Below, piece after piece: positions 37,917 through 48,565 of a stretch of DNA of 64,000 nt (position 1 is the stretch's first letter; each line of letters opens with the position of its first letter). The notes below the pieces were generated by a model. That model had not been told where the DNA came from. It worked only from the letters and a program-made list of their open reading frames with translations, and ran no database searches. The DNA lies in NCBI GenBank assembly GCA_028709785.1, contig JAQUTK010000010.1, positions 29,467 through 93,466 of the forward strand, in the 5' to 3' direction. The DNA is from Bacteroidales bacterium. Lineage in GTDB: Bacteria > Bacteroidota > Bacteroidia > Bacteroidales > JAQUTK01. The translations under genes were made by a program, and so were the position numbers.

Positions 37917-39165
37917 TGTAATGGTCTGTAAATGATTGAAAGAATAAGTCGGCCTGAATAGTATATCCTTTTTCAGTAAAATGGACTCTGTCGGATTTTA
38001 ATAAATGATTTTTCTGCCAGATCTTGCAGGAGTTATCTCCTCCGGTTGTCCGAAAAAGATCCCAGACAGGAATTCCTCTTTCTCTGCCGAAACCAAGAAT
38101 GACATCAGCCACCAGTTTGCATTTTTTGTTGACCACATAGACAGATTTTCTTTTGATACGTTGTTTTGCATATACTTCCGGAGGCGTAGTTAATAGTAAC
38201 TTAGCACCGGGGTTTGCCTGCTGAAGCGTAGTGACCATCTCTTCCAGTTGGGTATAGACCTGTTGTTTCGTGCAGTTCTTTCCAAATGCTTCGTTGGTGC
38301 CCAGTGAGATGATAATCAGATTGGGCTTGAGCAAGGAAATCTGCTGAAATAATTCGGGATGGTTGGTGTAATCATAGAAATGGGCGCCATTAACTCCGAT
38401 AGCGTGATACAACACACCTTTTTCTCCATTTTCCAAAGAAACGCCGCTGAAGTATGTGGGTGTGTCGGACAAACAGGAGGTATCGGGTACGAAAGTGAGC
38501 GTGTGTCTTTTCTGTTTTAAGATCCATGTGCATGAATCATCTCCTGAATAGCCCGGTACATCATCAGCACTGTCCGGTTTATATATCTTTGATAACTCGC
38601 CGGGGAAAAACCGGATCTGATTGAATGAATAATCCAAAGTGTCCGCTTCGTCAGAGACAGTGAAAGAGAGGTTGGCATGTTTATCTTTTGCAGTGAGTGT
38701 CATGCCGGTAACTCCGATGGGGAAGGTTGTATTTGCGGTAATCATTCGTTCGCTTTCCCATGATCCGTCTGACTCAAAGGAGTAATCAACCGGGTTGTTG
38801 GAACGGGTTAATTTGTAGGGGGAAATCAATCCTCTTCCGGCATTTCCAAAGTACTGATGAAAATTCTGTCTTATCTTTCCGCTTAGGGTGCCACCCTGGA
38901 TATGAGAGTCTCCAAGATGAACAATCACAAATGGAGAGGTATCACAGGAAGCAGATCTCAGTTTAGCCAGACTTTCAAAAACAGCATCCAGCACATGTGC
39001 AGAATCGATCATCACGTTTTTAGTGGATGGAAACAGAGATAAATCGGACGCGGGGAGAAAGAGTATTGGGTCAGCGACTTCCTCTGACGGATCAGTAACC
39101 GGCACGGAACTCGTTGAAACGAGAAGCAGAAAAAGGAACAGCAGGCTGTTTTGTATATACTTCAT
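37888..39165 (-). CDS. SGNH/GDSL hydrolase-type protein, secreted (partner of the MBOAT)
   Basis: Block I HLGDSHIQGG, block III IISLGTNEA, block V SDRVHFTEKGY. Signal peptide present. Confidence 0.7.
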   Translation of the reverse strand: MKYIQNSLLFLFLLLVSTSSVPVTDPSEEVADPILFLPASDLSLFPSTKNVMIDSAHVLDAVFESLAKLRSASCDTSPFVIVHLGDSHIQGGTLSGKIRQNFHQYFGNAGRGLISPYKLTRSNNPVDYSFESDGSWESERMITANTTFPIGVTGMTLTAKDKHANLSFTVSDEADTLDYSFNQIRFFPGELSKIYKPDSADDVPGYSGDDSCTWILKQKRHTLTFVPDTSCLSDTPTYFSGVSLENGEKGVLYHAIGVNGAHFYDYTNHPELFQQISLLKPNLIIISLGTNEAFGKNCTKQQVYTQLEEMVTTLQQANPGAKLLLTTPPEVYAKQRIKRKSVYVVNKKCKLVADVILGFGRERGIPVWDLFRTTGGDNSCKIWQKNHLLKSDRVHFTEKGYTIQADLFFQSFTDHYNEYLELRRR

Positions 39166-39191
39166 TGTGGGTTAATTGGTTTTATCCTTCA

Positions 39192-40547
39192 TTACTGGTA
39201 CTTCTTTTGCTCAAACAGGAAAGAAGAGACAAATTGTTTCGCGATGATTCGTCCTCCTGCAGGTGCAATGTGAGTATAGTCCTTAGCAGCCATCGGCTTT
39301 TCAGCCTGAGCCCATCGGGCAATCGTACCATCACCACCCATGGCTTCAAACATGTTCCAGAAGCAGATACCGGATTGGCGGGCAATCTCCTTTTGTGCCT
39401 GAATGAATTCAGGTACTAAATGGTTTGTCACGATTTCGCCGTCTCTCATTTCACCCTTGTCACCAATGCTGAACAGCACAAAGCGCGCATTGGGCAGCGC
39501 AGATTTTAGATGATTGATGGCACGAACCATTCCTTTCTTATAACCTTCATAATTGCCGGTAGTGTTGAAGGCGTTTAATCCATATTGTATTATAACCAAA
39601 TCGTAAGGTCTTTGTTGATTGAATTCGTTTAGCGTGCTGTTTGGTAAAGAGGAGAGAGACAAACCGGAATTACTTCTTAAGGATAGATTATCCAGAATCA
39701 CGCCGTTCGGGTTATCATACGCTACTCCATAGAGAATAATACTATCCGTTTGTTGTAATTTGAACGTGAGATTATTTACATTTCCATCTATTTGGAGCAT
39801 TTTAAGCGAAGGGTCAGACTCGTAGTGAACGGTATCCCATGACATTTTATCTTTTGAATAGGTGATATCCACGGCATGAAGCGGGCGAAAAAGAAGACGG
39901 GCAAACGCTGCATTGGCAGCTTTCGCTTTAAACTTATTGCAGCGTATGGAGAACTCGGAGTTATTGCGCCCGATAAAATACTTTCCTGAAATGCACTGAA
40001 AGGCATAGCTACCCGGCTTGGAGACGACAGAGTAGGACTCGATGCTATTTTGGGAGACTTCTGCTAGCGGACTCACTCCAGCCGATTCGATTTTCAGCGG
40101 AACCAGTCCGCCGCCACCTCCGCCAAATTTCTCCTGCAACATTTCACGGATATCTCCCGTCATTATTTCACACTCTGTAAACGAGTCCCCCAGAAATGCA
40201 ATACGGAAGGGTTGGTTCAGAGAGGAAAGTGAATTGAGCTTCTGATAAACAGGTTGCAAATAAAGACTGTCTTGCGAATAATCCTCTATTTCAACCAATC
40301 CTTTGGGTAAGATGACTCCGGCTTTAGACTTCTTTATCGCATTGCTGTCTGTCGTAAGAGTATCCACTGTGATTTGTTTGTTTGCATCCGGCTTTTTAAG
40401 TTTCTGTTTCATCCGGATATCGCTCAGAATATCACTTCTTTTGTAAGAGAAGAAAGAAGTTGAGTAATCCGGCAACAAAGAGACAATCACCAAAAAAACG
40501 ATAACTAAAGTACACACTATGATCGCATGCAGACTGTAATCTTTCAT
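39192..40547 (-). CDS. SGNH/GDSL hydrolase-type protein, membrane-anchored
   Basis: N-terminal TM. Block I AFLGDSFTE, block III IIQYGLNAF, block V KDYTHIAPAGG. Confidence 0.65.
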   Translation of the reverse strand: MKDYSLHAIIVCTLVIVFLVIVSLLPDYSTSFFSYKRSDILSDIRMKQKLKKPDANKQITVDTLTTDSNAIKKSKAGVILPKGLVEIEDYSQDSLYLQPVYQKLNSLSSLNQPFRIAFLGDSFTECEIMTGDIREMLQEKFGGGGGGLVPLKIESAGVSPLAEVSQNSIESYSVVSKPGSYAFQCISGKYFIGRNNSEFSIRCNKFKAKAANAAFARLLFRPLHAVDITYSKDKMSWDTVHYESDPSLKMLQIDGNVNNLTFKLQQTDSIILYGVAYDNPNGVILDNLSLRSNSGLSLSSLPNSTLNEFNQQRPYDLVIIQYGLNAFNTTGNYEGYKKGMVRAINHLKSALPNARFVLFSIGDKGEMRDGEIVTNHLVPEFIQAQKEIARQSGICFWNMFEAMGGDGTIARWAQAEKPMAAKDYTHIAPAGGRIIAKQFVSSFLFEQKKYQ

Positions 40548-40708
40548 CTTACTTTATGAGGTCAAAATAAATTTGAGCGCAAAACTACAAAATAATAATC
40601 AAAATGAGGGGTGTTTTGTAAAAAGCCGGTCATCTATTTTTCTTCTGACAAGAGACCGGACATTTTGGTGCAACATTGTGATGGGAAAGGACTTTTGAAT
40701 AGAAGCTG

Positions 40709-41131
40709 CTATTCGATAAAACCTTTGGCTCTTCTGGACTCTGCATCTTCAAAATAGGCCATTGCTGTGCGCATCTTGAAAAAGCCGTTTTTGCGGTAGA
40801 AATCTTCTTTTCCCGGTGACGCATACAGAATAAGATTATAGCCGGAGAGCTCTTCCCTGATTTTCTGAATCACCATTTTACCCCATCCTTTCCCTTGGTA
40901 GGAGGGTTGAATCGCGACATCATAAATGGCTGCCTGGGACACTCCGTCACTTATCGCCCTTCCAAATCCGACCAATATCTCGTTGTCAAAGATGAAGATG
41001 GTAGAAGCACTGTTTCGGAATGCTTTTTCCTGAACGTCAGGGTCATGGTATTTCATTCCTACGGTTTTTATGATTCTCACGACTTCTTTGAAATCAATTC
41101 CTTCGCAGGTATTCTGTATTCTATATGGCAT
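40709..41131 (-). CDS. GNAT family N-acetyltransferase
   Basis: IYDVAIQPSYQGKGWGKMVIQKI (Q/R-x-x-G-x-G motif), 140 aa. Confidence 0.8.
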   Translation of the reverse strand: MPYRIQNTCEGIDFKEVVRIIKTVGMKYHDPDVQEKAFRNSASTIFIFDNEILVGFGRAISDGVSQAAIYDVAIQPSYQGKGWGKMVIQKIREELSGYNLILYASPGKEDFYRKNGFFKMRTAMAYFEDAESRRAKGFIE

Positions 41132-41327
41132 ATCCTGTTGTAGTTTTTCTCAGCTTGGCTTTAAGATTGGAATCGTTTACTCCTTCATATCAGGACAAAT
41201 ATACGCATTATTTGCCATGAACGGAACAATTTAAATCTTTTCGAAGTCTGATCATATGAAATATATAGACAGAGTATCCTTTGTGATTGCTGGAATGATT
41301 ATATTTGTAAATAAAATCGGACGAAGT

Positions 41328-41765
41328 ATGGAAGATATTAAATTCAAACACTTGGTTCCCATTCAGTTGCGTTTTAGCGACTTTGATTCAATGGGTCTTG
41401 TTTATAATGGTGTGTACTTATCCTTTTTTGATCTGGGCAAATCGTATTACTTCAATGATGTCCTACCGGATATGAATGCGCATAAGGATATGGGGGTGGT
41501 TGTGGCTAAGAACTATGTGAACTATTTTTTGCCTGTATATCCCAATGAAAAAGTAGCTGTGGAAACTACTGTGATGGAAATAGGGCATAAAAGCATCAAG
41601 TTAAATCAGCGACTGATTGATCTTGATACTAAAGAGATAAAGAGCTTTTGCGAAACGGTAGTAGTAGGCTTTGATGTAAAGACGCGGACTTCTACGGTCA
41701 TTTCGGATGCCTGGAGAAAGGCTATTTCTGCTTTTGAAGGAAGGGACTTTACCAAAGTTGAGTGA
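41328..41765 (+). CDS. acyl-CoA thioesterase (hotdog fold, YbgC/4HBT-like)
   Basis: VPIQLRFSDFDSMGLVYNGVYLSFFD is the typical N-terminal catalytic Asp region. ATG 41328 is preferred over 41256. Confidence 0.7.
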   Translation: MEDIKFKHLVPIQLRFSDFDSMGLVYNGVYLSFFDLGKSYYFNDVLPDMNAHKDMGVVVAKNYVNYFLPVYPNEKVAVETTVMEIGHKSIKLNQRLIDLDTKEIKSFCETVVVGFDVKTRTSTVISDAWRKAISAFEGRDFTKVE

Positions 41766-41798
41766 TCTGAAAAGTATTTCTCTTCTTTGGGACTCTTT

Positions 41799-43436
41799 CT
41801 ACTTGATCAATTCTTCGAGTTTGAGCTGTTGAAACACGAGTTGAGACTGACTACCTTCATAGACAAAACCCAATGTGTGCTCATCTATGGAAGTGATACA
41901 CGAATAACCAAATCCGGATCCTTCGTCTAACTCAATCCAATATTTCTCAGGCCAGCTCATCCCATCGTCAAAACTTACTTTAACCGTAAAATGGTTCCGG
42001 GATTCATAATTGTTGGGGTTCATAAAAACAAGTATGTGTTTTTGCTTTCCTTTTTCTGTATATACATGTTTATGAATGGATGCCATACAGGTTGGTTCGG
42101 TCAATACTTTATGGGAAGTAGGATGTTCTTTCCATGTTTGCCCAAGATCGTGAGTCACGCAAACCCGTCTTCCATTCGTTTCTTTGTTCCCGCCATTTCT
42201 GTTATCGCGCATATTGAGCATCAGACTGCCATCTGATAATTGAACAACCATACATTCTGTGACATCATCGTATGCCGGATTACTGGCCGTCCATGTCTTG
42301 CCTCCATCTTTACTGTAGGTAATGTTTGAGAATGTTTTACCATTTTTATCACGTCCTTGCGTAGGAAATACCAGCGTACCATCGTTCATGGTAATTCCAT
42401 GCCCGGGTGCCGGTGCATAGAGCCACCATTCCGGGTGTTTAGTTGCAGAAGTGATATTGACAGGTTTACTCCATGTCTTTCCATTGTCTACACTTTTGAC
42501 AATCATAAACTGTGATGTTTCCTTGACTCCTAAGCCTGGCTGCGAACCACGTCCTACCCATTGGTGCATCCAACGTGTGCTGTCTTTTGTCATTCCTTCG
42601 ATCCATTTACCTGTGTTACGATCTAATACACCATGCATCCAAAGACCTGCAACAAAGATGTCTCCATTCTTTTCATTGACAAGAACAGATCCGTCACTTA
42701 CCCCGTTGTATTTTTCAGGAAGACCTCCCCATTCTTTCATATTCAAGACAATTTGCATGGGTAACCAACTCTGTCCACCGTCCTTACTTCGATTCATCGC
42801 AATATCAATATCTCCTTGAAGATCGCGTGAAGATTCCCATCTTGCATCGTATAGTACCAAAAGGGTACCATCTTTTGCCGTAGCAAGTCCGGGAATACGG
42901 GATGTGTTTACCCCATCTTGTTTTGCTTGTCGTAATGCCACTCCTATACGGGCACCATTCTTATTATCGGTAGAGGTCATTTTTAGATCACCATTTTCCG
43001 TTTTTGCTCCTTTACAATTTATGTTTATCCGATGCGTCAGGTCTACTTTGTCCTTTGTTTTTACCGTCAACCAAAAATAAGAGGTGTCTTTTTCTAGTTT
43101 TGTATCTAAAGAGAAGGAGCCTTTGGAGGCAGAGATATCGGAACAGGCAATCAGTTTGTTTATATCCGGAAGTCCTTTTTTGTCAGTTCCATAGACAGAG
43201 ATATGAATAATATCTTTAATATCGGTAGTCCCTTTCGTAGAATAGGTCAGACGACAAAGGCTCTGTGGTTCATCCGAACCTTTAATAATACGTACTTTAC
43301 AAACAGGATTGACTTCAAGACCTGCTAAAACCGGTAATACCGGATGACTGCATGATATCTGAGAATCGGTATTTGCCAGTACCATCATACTTTGTATACT
43401 GATCAGAATTGCTCCGATAACATTCTTGATATTCAT
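41799..43436 (-). CDS. exo-alpha-sialidase (GH33) with an N-terminal accessory domain
   Basis: RIP motif (SRIPGLATAKDGTLLVLYDAR). Asp boxes SKDGGQSW, SVDNGKTW, SKDGGKTW, THDLGQTW and SFDDGMSW. Signal peptide from Met 43436. Confidence 0.85.
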   Translation of the reverse strand: MNIKNVIGAILISIQSMMVLANTDSQISCSHPVLPVLAGLEVNPVCKVRIIKGSDEPQSLCRLTYSTKGTTDIKDIIHISVYGTDKKGLPDINKLIACSDISASKGSFSLDTKLEKDTSYFWLTVKTKDKVDLTHRININCKGAKTENGDLKMTSTDNKNGARIGVALRQAKQDGVNTSRIPGLATAKDGTLLVLYDARWESSRDLQGDIDIAMNRSKDGGQSWLPMQIVLNMKEWGGLPEKYNGVSDGSVLVNEKNGDIFVAGLWMHGVLDRNTGKWIEGMTKDSTRWMHQWVGRGSQPGLGVKETSQFMIVKSVDNGKTWSKPVNITSATKHPEWWLYAPAPGHGITMNDGTLVFPTQGRDKNGKTFSNITYSKDGGKTWTASNPAYDDVTECMVVQLSDGSLMLNMRDNRNGGNKETNGRRVCVTHDLGQTWKEHPTSHKVLTEPTCMASIHKHVYTEKGKQKHILVFMNPNNYESRNHFTVKVSFDDGMSWPEKYWIELDEGSGFGYSCITSIDEHTLGFVYEGSQSQLVFQQLKLEELIK

Positions 43437-43600
43437 TATTCTATATGAGTGTAACTCTAAAAAGGCGTTTACTATTTTTCTGGTATCAAAGATAAGCAAT
43501 GTTTTTTTGCATTGAGATAGGTTTTAGACAAATTACTCTTATATTTGGACATTGATCTTTTTGCCAGAAAATACAGATACATAATAATACGATATCGAAC

Positions 43601-45115
43601 ATGAAAAAAACAAAGACATTTATTGGTTTAGCATTGATTAGCACTGTGCCCGGATATGGAGCCGGCAAAGCAGGTATAGAAAAAAAAACCAATATAATTT
43701 ATATTTTGGCAGATGATTTAGGCTTTGCCGATTTAGGGTGTTATGGACAAGAGCGTATAGAGACGCCGAACATTGACGGATTGGCAGCAAATGGCATTCG
43801 CTTTACGCAACATTATTCCGGTTCGGCAGTATCTGCCCCGTCTCGATGTGTCTTGCTCACCGGTAAACATACAGGGCATGCTTATATAAGAGGAAACGAC
43901 GAGATGGAAGAACGAGGTGATGTATGGAATCATGCTGCTATGCTTGCAGACTCTTCGCTGGAAGGGCAAAGACCTTTACCGGCAGGTACACAAATACTCC
44001 CCATGATATTGAAAAAGGCAGGTTATACGACAGCCTGTATTGGCAAATGGGGGCTCGGATATCCTGGTTCAGAAGGCACGCCCAATAAGATGGGATTTGA
44101 CTTTTTCTATGGCTATAATTGCCAACGTCAGGCACATACCTATTATCCTCCCTTCTTATATAGGAATGAAAGACGTGAATACTTGTCCAATAAATTGTTG
44201 GCTCCCGGGACAAAGTTAAATCCTGGCTCTGATCCGAGACTAGAAACAAACTATGACAAGTACACACAAAAAGAGTATGCTCCTGATCTGATGTTTAACG
44301 AGATTACCCGGTTTGTAGAGAATAATAAGGATAATGCCTTTTTTATGATGTGGACTACACCTGTGCCTCATGTGCCATTGCAAGCTCCAGAAAGATGGAT
44401 CAGACATTATGTCGAGAAGTTTGGAGATGAACTCCCTTACATTGGAAATAAAGGCTATTTTCCTGCCAGATATCCGCATGCAACATATGCCGCGATGATA
44501 AGTCACTGGGATGAACAAATTGGTCAGTTGATCACACAATTGAAGAAACTTGGACTTTATGAAAATACACTGATTATCTTTACAAGTGACAACGGACCTA
44601 CATTCAATGGAGGTACGGACTCTCCTTGGTTTGATAGTGCGAAGCCTTTTAAAAGTGAAGTAGGATGGGGAAAAGCATCGCTTCGTGAAGGTGGTATTCG
44701 TGTGCCGATGATCGCATGTTGGCCGTCAAAAATCAAACCGGGCACTACCAGCAATCATATCTCTGCTTTCTGGGATGTAATGCCTACATTTGCAGAGGTT
44801 GCAGGAGTGAAAGCTACTGATAATGATGGTATAAGTTTTTTGCCTTCGCTGATTGGGAAGAGACAACCCAAACACGAGTATCTTTATTGGGAATATCCGG
44901 AAGGTAGTGGTTCCAAAGCTATTCGGATGGGTAACTGGAAAGGTTACATTACCGATATCAGAAAAGGAAATATAACAATGGAACTCTATGATCTGAATAC
45001 TGATCCGCGTGAACAAATAAATGTTGCTGACAAACATCCTGATATTATCAAACAACTGGAGTTTAAAATGAAAGAGGCTCACAGGGATCCTATTATCAAA
45101 CAATTTTCCATGTAA
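43601..45115 (+). CDS. sulfatase (arylsulfatase A-like, Ser-type active site)
   Basis: ILADDLGFADLGCYG and SAPSRCVLLTGKH (S-x-P-x-R formylglycine motif with Ser). Signal peptide present. Confidence 0.85.
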   Translation: MKKTKTFIGLALISTVPGYGAGKAGIEKKTNIIYILADDLGFADLGCYGQERIETPNIDGLAANGIRFTQHYSGSAVSAPSRCVLLTGKHTGHAYIRGNDEMEERGDVWNHAAMLADSSLEGQRPLPAGTQILPMILKKAGYTTACIGKWGLGYPGSEGTPNKMGFDFFYGYNCQRQAHTYYPPFLYRNERREYLSNKLLAPGTKLNPGSDPRLETNYDKYTQKEYAPDLMFNEITRFVENNKDNAFFMMWTTPVPHVPLQAPERWIRHYVEKFGDELPYIGNKGYFPARYPHATYAAMISHWDEQIGQLITQLKKLGLYENTLIIFTSDNGPTFNGGTDSPWFDSAKPFKSEVGWGKASLREGGIRVPMIACWPSKIKPGTTSNHISAFWDVMPTFAEVAGVKATDNDGISFLPSLIGKRQPKHEYLYWEYPEGSGSKAIRMGNWKGYITDIRKGNITMELYDLNTDPREQINVADKHPDIIKQLEFKMKEAHRDPIIKQFSM

Positions 45116-45440
45116 TAAAAAAATAGAAAGACTCTATTTATCCATACTTTTATTAAAAAATGCGAGGTTTTTTAAAGTAAAAAGATTTACTTTGTAAAGT
45201 TATATCTTTGACAAGATTTGTGCGAACGAGAGGCCAGGAATATCCGTCAAATGGAAAACATGGAGACCCTGAAAAGATAATCGAATAGGGAATTGTTTAC
45301 CCGTTCATATTAAAAGGTTCCTGCTTTTGTTTTTCAATATTAGATATTGCTTTGATTACTTCTTGTATATTTCGCATAAACAGGGTTTTGAGGACAATAG
45401 ACACGGGATGGCTGGCTATGGAAATAGTCCGAATTAATTA

Positions 45441-46412
45441 ATGGATTTCATCATGAAAAGACTTTTATTGCTTTGCTTTCTTTTTGCAATTGGAAGCATT
45501 CACTCTCAAGCTTCCCTCAGGAGTATGACTCCTGAATTGGACGATGCCTTGTTGTGGGAAATTTCCGGCAACGGACTGACAAATTCCTCCTTTCTGTATG
45601 GTACCTTTCATACGATGAATGGTACGTTTCTGGACAGTGTCCCAAACTTTTATGCCTCTTTTAGTAAAGTCAAACAGGTGGTGGCAGAAGTCGATATGGT
45701 GAATCAGGAAATAATTTCGCCTAAACCGGAGGATATAATGTCTTATTATATGCCGAAGGATACGACCTATCAGATGCTCTTTTCAAACAAAGATTACAAG
45801 TTTGTGGATTCTTGTCTGACAACTAAGATACAACAGAAGATGTATTCAGTCCTGAAACCGGCTTATACTTCTTTTATGTACACCCTGCTTTCCACAACTA
45901 ACATTAAGAATTCTGACGAGGGCCTTGATAAGTTTATCATGACAAAGGCAAAACAGAATGCTCAGAAAGTGGTTGGCTTGGAGACCATGGAGGAACACAT
46001 GAAACTTGTCTATGGTTTTTTCAAAACGATGTGTGCCGGCAGTGTGAAGGATCAGGCCGATTTGTTGCTGTTTGAGCTTCGAAACCCGGAATTAAGTAAA
46101 GAGACGATGGACGAGATGGAGTCGTTGTATCGCAGACAGATGTTGAGTAAACTGATGGAACCTTCCCAAAAGATGGAGGGAAAGATAAAGGAGTTCTTTC
46201 CTCAATATTCAGATGAAAAGGTGGAAGAGGCTTCCGAGAAGATGATGGCTGATCTGGTGGATGTACGTAATGATAACTGGCTGAAAAAGATTCCGGCTAT
46301 AATAAAGGAAAATCCGTCTTTGATTATCGTGGGAGCTTTGCACTTGACAGATGAGAAGGGGCTGATTAATCTGCTTAGAAAGATGGGCTATACTGTAAAA
46401 CCTGTAAAGTAA
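45441..46412 (+). CDS. TraB/GumN family protein, paralog 1 (both GxxH motifs intact)
   Basis: ALLWEISGNGL..SFLYGTFH and C-terminal IIVGALHLTDEKGLINLLRKMGYTVKPV. Signal peptide (start may be Met 45453). Confidence 0.75.
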   Translation: MDFIMKRLLLLCFLFAIGSIHSQASLRSMTPELDDALLWEISGNGLTNSSFLYGTFHTMNGTFLDSVPNFYASFSKVKQVVAEVDMVNQEIISPKPEDIMSYYMPKDTTYQMLFSNKDYKFVDSCLTTKIQQKMYSVLKPAYTSFMYTLLSTTNIKNSDEGLDKFIMTKAKQNAQKVVGLETMEEHMKLVYGFFKTMCAGSVKDQADLLLFELRNPELSKETMDEMESLYRRQMLSKLMEPSQKMEGKIKEFFPQYSDEKVEEASEKMMADLVDVRNDNWLKKIPAIIKENPSLIIVGALHLTDEKGLINLLRKMGYTVKPVK

Positions 46413-46424
46413 ATAAGAAAGGGG

Positions 46425-47471
46425 TTGACTATGAAAAAGTTGAATGTGTTGTTTATGCTCTGTTTATTGGGAGTTCTCAGTTGTGATTTTTCTTCAAAGG
46501 AAGAAGAACTTCCTGATATGCAAGATGCCCTTTTATGGAAAATTTCAGGCAATGAACTGCCGGAGCCTTCTTATCTGTTTGGTAGCTTCAATGGTATTCC
46601 GGGTTCTTTCCTGGATAGTGTTGTTGGATTTAAAACTGCATTCAAGTCCGTCAAACAGGTGATGCTGGCTAGTGATAGCGAGAATGCAGACAGAAGCAAA
46701 AACCTCGGCAATACTCCTTCTTTTGATAATGCCGCAATGAGTGACTCCTCCTCTTTGTTGATGCCTGCTGACACGACCTATCAAATGCTCTACAACCAAG
46801 ACGATTATGCATTTGTAGATGGCGAGCTGAATTCCCTGCTACCAGGCTATTCGAAAAGAAAACCAATTGTTGTTGCTCGTGAGTACATGATGTCGATAAA
46901 AGCCTTGCAACAGGCTGTTGAAGGCGACAACCTTCTGGATCATGCTATCATGGAACAAGCGAAGGGCGGAACTGTCAAGTTAATCAGACTGGATGCGTTA
47001 AACGTGAATCTGACGACGATGGAACAAACACAAGTGTATGTGCCAACAGAAGTAAGCAGTTTGAAAGATCAAGCACTTGGACTCTTGTTTTTTCTGAAAG
47101 CAAGACCCATCTACATGAATATAAAGTTAAGGATGGATTCCATGTATCGTCAACAAGTTCCAGGAGAATTATATCTTCCCATAAATGATGGAGTAGATAT
47201 TATCCGCAGAACGCTCAAAGAAATACCTGAGTTTACTATGAAGCAGGCCTATAAGGATAGTGCCATATCACAATTGAACAGCTATTTGGGTTACAAAACA
47301 GACCAAAAGAATGATCTGTGGATGAAAAAGATCCTTAGCGCCATAAAAAAACAACCGACATTGATTTCTGTTGGAGTGTTACATCTGATTGGTGAGAACG
47401 GATTAATCAATCAGCTTCGACAATATGGTTATACTGTAGAGCCGGTATTATCAGATGGTGATCAGGATTAA
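46425..47471 (+). CDS. TraB/GumN family protein, paralog 2 (first GxxH motif degenerate)
   Basis: ALLWKISGNEL..SYLFGSFN (His replaced by Asn). The C-terminal ISVGVLHLIGENGLINQLRQYGYTVEPV is retained. Confidence 0.7.
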   Translation: MTMKKLNVLFMLCLLGVLSCDFSSKEEELPDMQDALLWKISGNELPEPSYLFGSFNGIPGSFLDSVVGFKTAFKSVKQVMLASDSENADRSKNLGNTPSFDNAAMSDSSSLLMPADTTYQMLYNQDDYAFVDGELNSLLPGYSKRKPIVVAREYMMSIKALQQAVEGDNLLDHAIMEQAKGGTVKLIRLDALNVNLTTMEQTQVYVPTEVSSLKDQALGLLFFLKARPIYMNIKLRMDSMYRQQVPGELYLPINDGVDIIRRTLKEIPEFTMKQAYKDSAISQLNSYLGYKTDQKNDLWMKKILSAIKKQPTLISVGVLHLIGENGLINQLRQYGYTVEPVLSDGDQD

Positions 47472-47490
47472 ACTCTAAAACAGAATAAGC

Positions 47491-48516
47491 ATGAAGAGAT
47501 GCATCCTATTGTTGTTTATGATTGTTCTCGTTTGTCCTAACGGACGAGCTCTCCTTCCGGATAGCGATCCCAAGTTGGAGAATGCATTGCTGTGGGAAAT
47601 TTCAGGCAGAGGACTTAATGGTTCTTCTTTTTTATTTGCTGTGAGGAGTACATTGGATAGCTCGTTTTTAGGTCGGGTTGATCGTTTTTATACCACCTTT
47701 CATACAATCGAGCAGGTAGCTGTTGAGGTCAATATGCTCAATCTGGATCCAAAGTCTTTGGCGGCTGTCAAAGAGAGCTGTGTGATGAAGGTGACCAGTT
47801 TGGGTGCGTCCGTGATGCCTTTGGATACAACGTATGAGATGCTGTATAATCCATCGGAACTTGCTTTTGTGAAGTCGCTGCTCGAACCCTCTGTTCCTTC
47901 CTATTTCCGCTATACACCGTATGATAATGCGGTGAGCTATTGGCGTAGCATGGAGCCTGCAAAAAGATACAAAGCACCTTCTACCAGTGTCGGAACAGGA
48001 TTGGATTTACACATTATGAATCTGGCCCGTAACAATTCCAAGAAGTTGACAGGATTGCTTACCGATAAGCAGTTTTTGTCATTTGATAATGCGTTAAAAT
48101 CTCCCTATGTCCTTCAGGAAAGTCTGAAAGCACAGGCGTTGGGACTTTTATTGATGTTGAAAGAGGGCGACGAAATCAACAGATTGCCTGCACAGATCGA
48201 TTCGTTGTACCGCAAGCAACAGTTAGGCGAACTCAATGTGCCGATCGATCGTTTGATCCTGCGTGTCAGAGAGACGCTTGCCGATATCCCGGATAATGGT
48301 TTGAAAAAGGCGTATACGACTGCTATCATGGAGCATTTTAACGGATACTATGGTATGGATTCACAACAGAGAGTGACAAAGTGGATGGAGAGAATCCCTT
48401 CGCTGGTGAAAAAGAACCGGACCTTGATTGCTGTTGATGCCCGGTATGTCATTGGTACTACCGGATTGATCAACCAGCTTCGCAAATATGGATATTCAGT
48501 GACTCCTGTGAAGTAA
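47491..48516 (+). CDS. TraB/GumN family protein, paralog 3 (both GxxH motifs lost)
   Basis: ALLWEISGRGL..SFLFAVRS and IAVDARYVIGTTGLINQLRKYGYSVTPV. Family scaffold is kept and both Gly/His positions are replaced. Confidence 0.65.
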   Translation: MKRCILLLFMIVLVCPNGRALLPDSDPKLENALLWEISGRGLNGSSFLFAVRSTLDSSFLGRVDRFYTTFHTIEQVAVEVNMLNLDPKSLAAVKESCVMKVTSLGASVMPLDTTYEMLYNPSELAFVKSLLEPSVPSYFRYTPYDNAVSYWRSMEPAKRYKAPSTSVGTGLDLHIMNLARNNSKKLTGLLTDKQFLSFDNALKSPYVLQESLKAQALGLLLMLKEGDEINRLPAQIDSLYRKQQLGELNVPIDRLILRVRETLADIPDNGLKKAYTTAIMEHFNGYYGMDSQQRVTKWMERIPSLVKKNRTLIAVDARYVIGTTGLINQLRKYGYSVTPVK

Positions 48517-48565
48517 AAGTGAAACAAATAGTTCCCAATTGTGTGTCGTAATTAATGGTCAGCAG

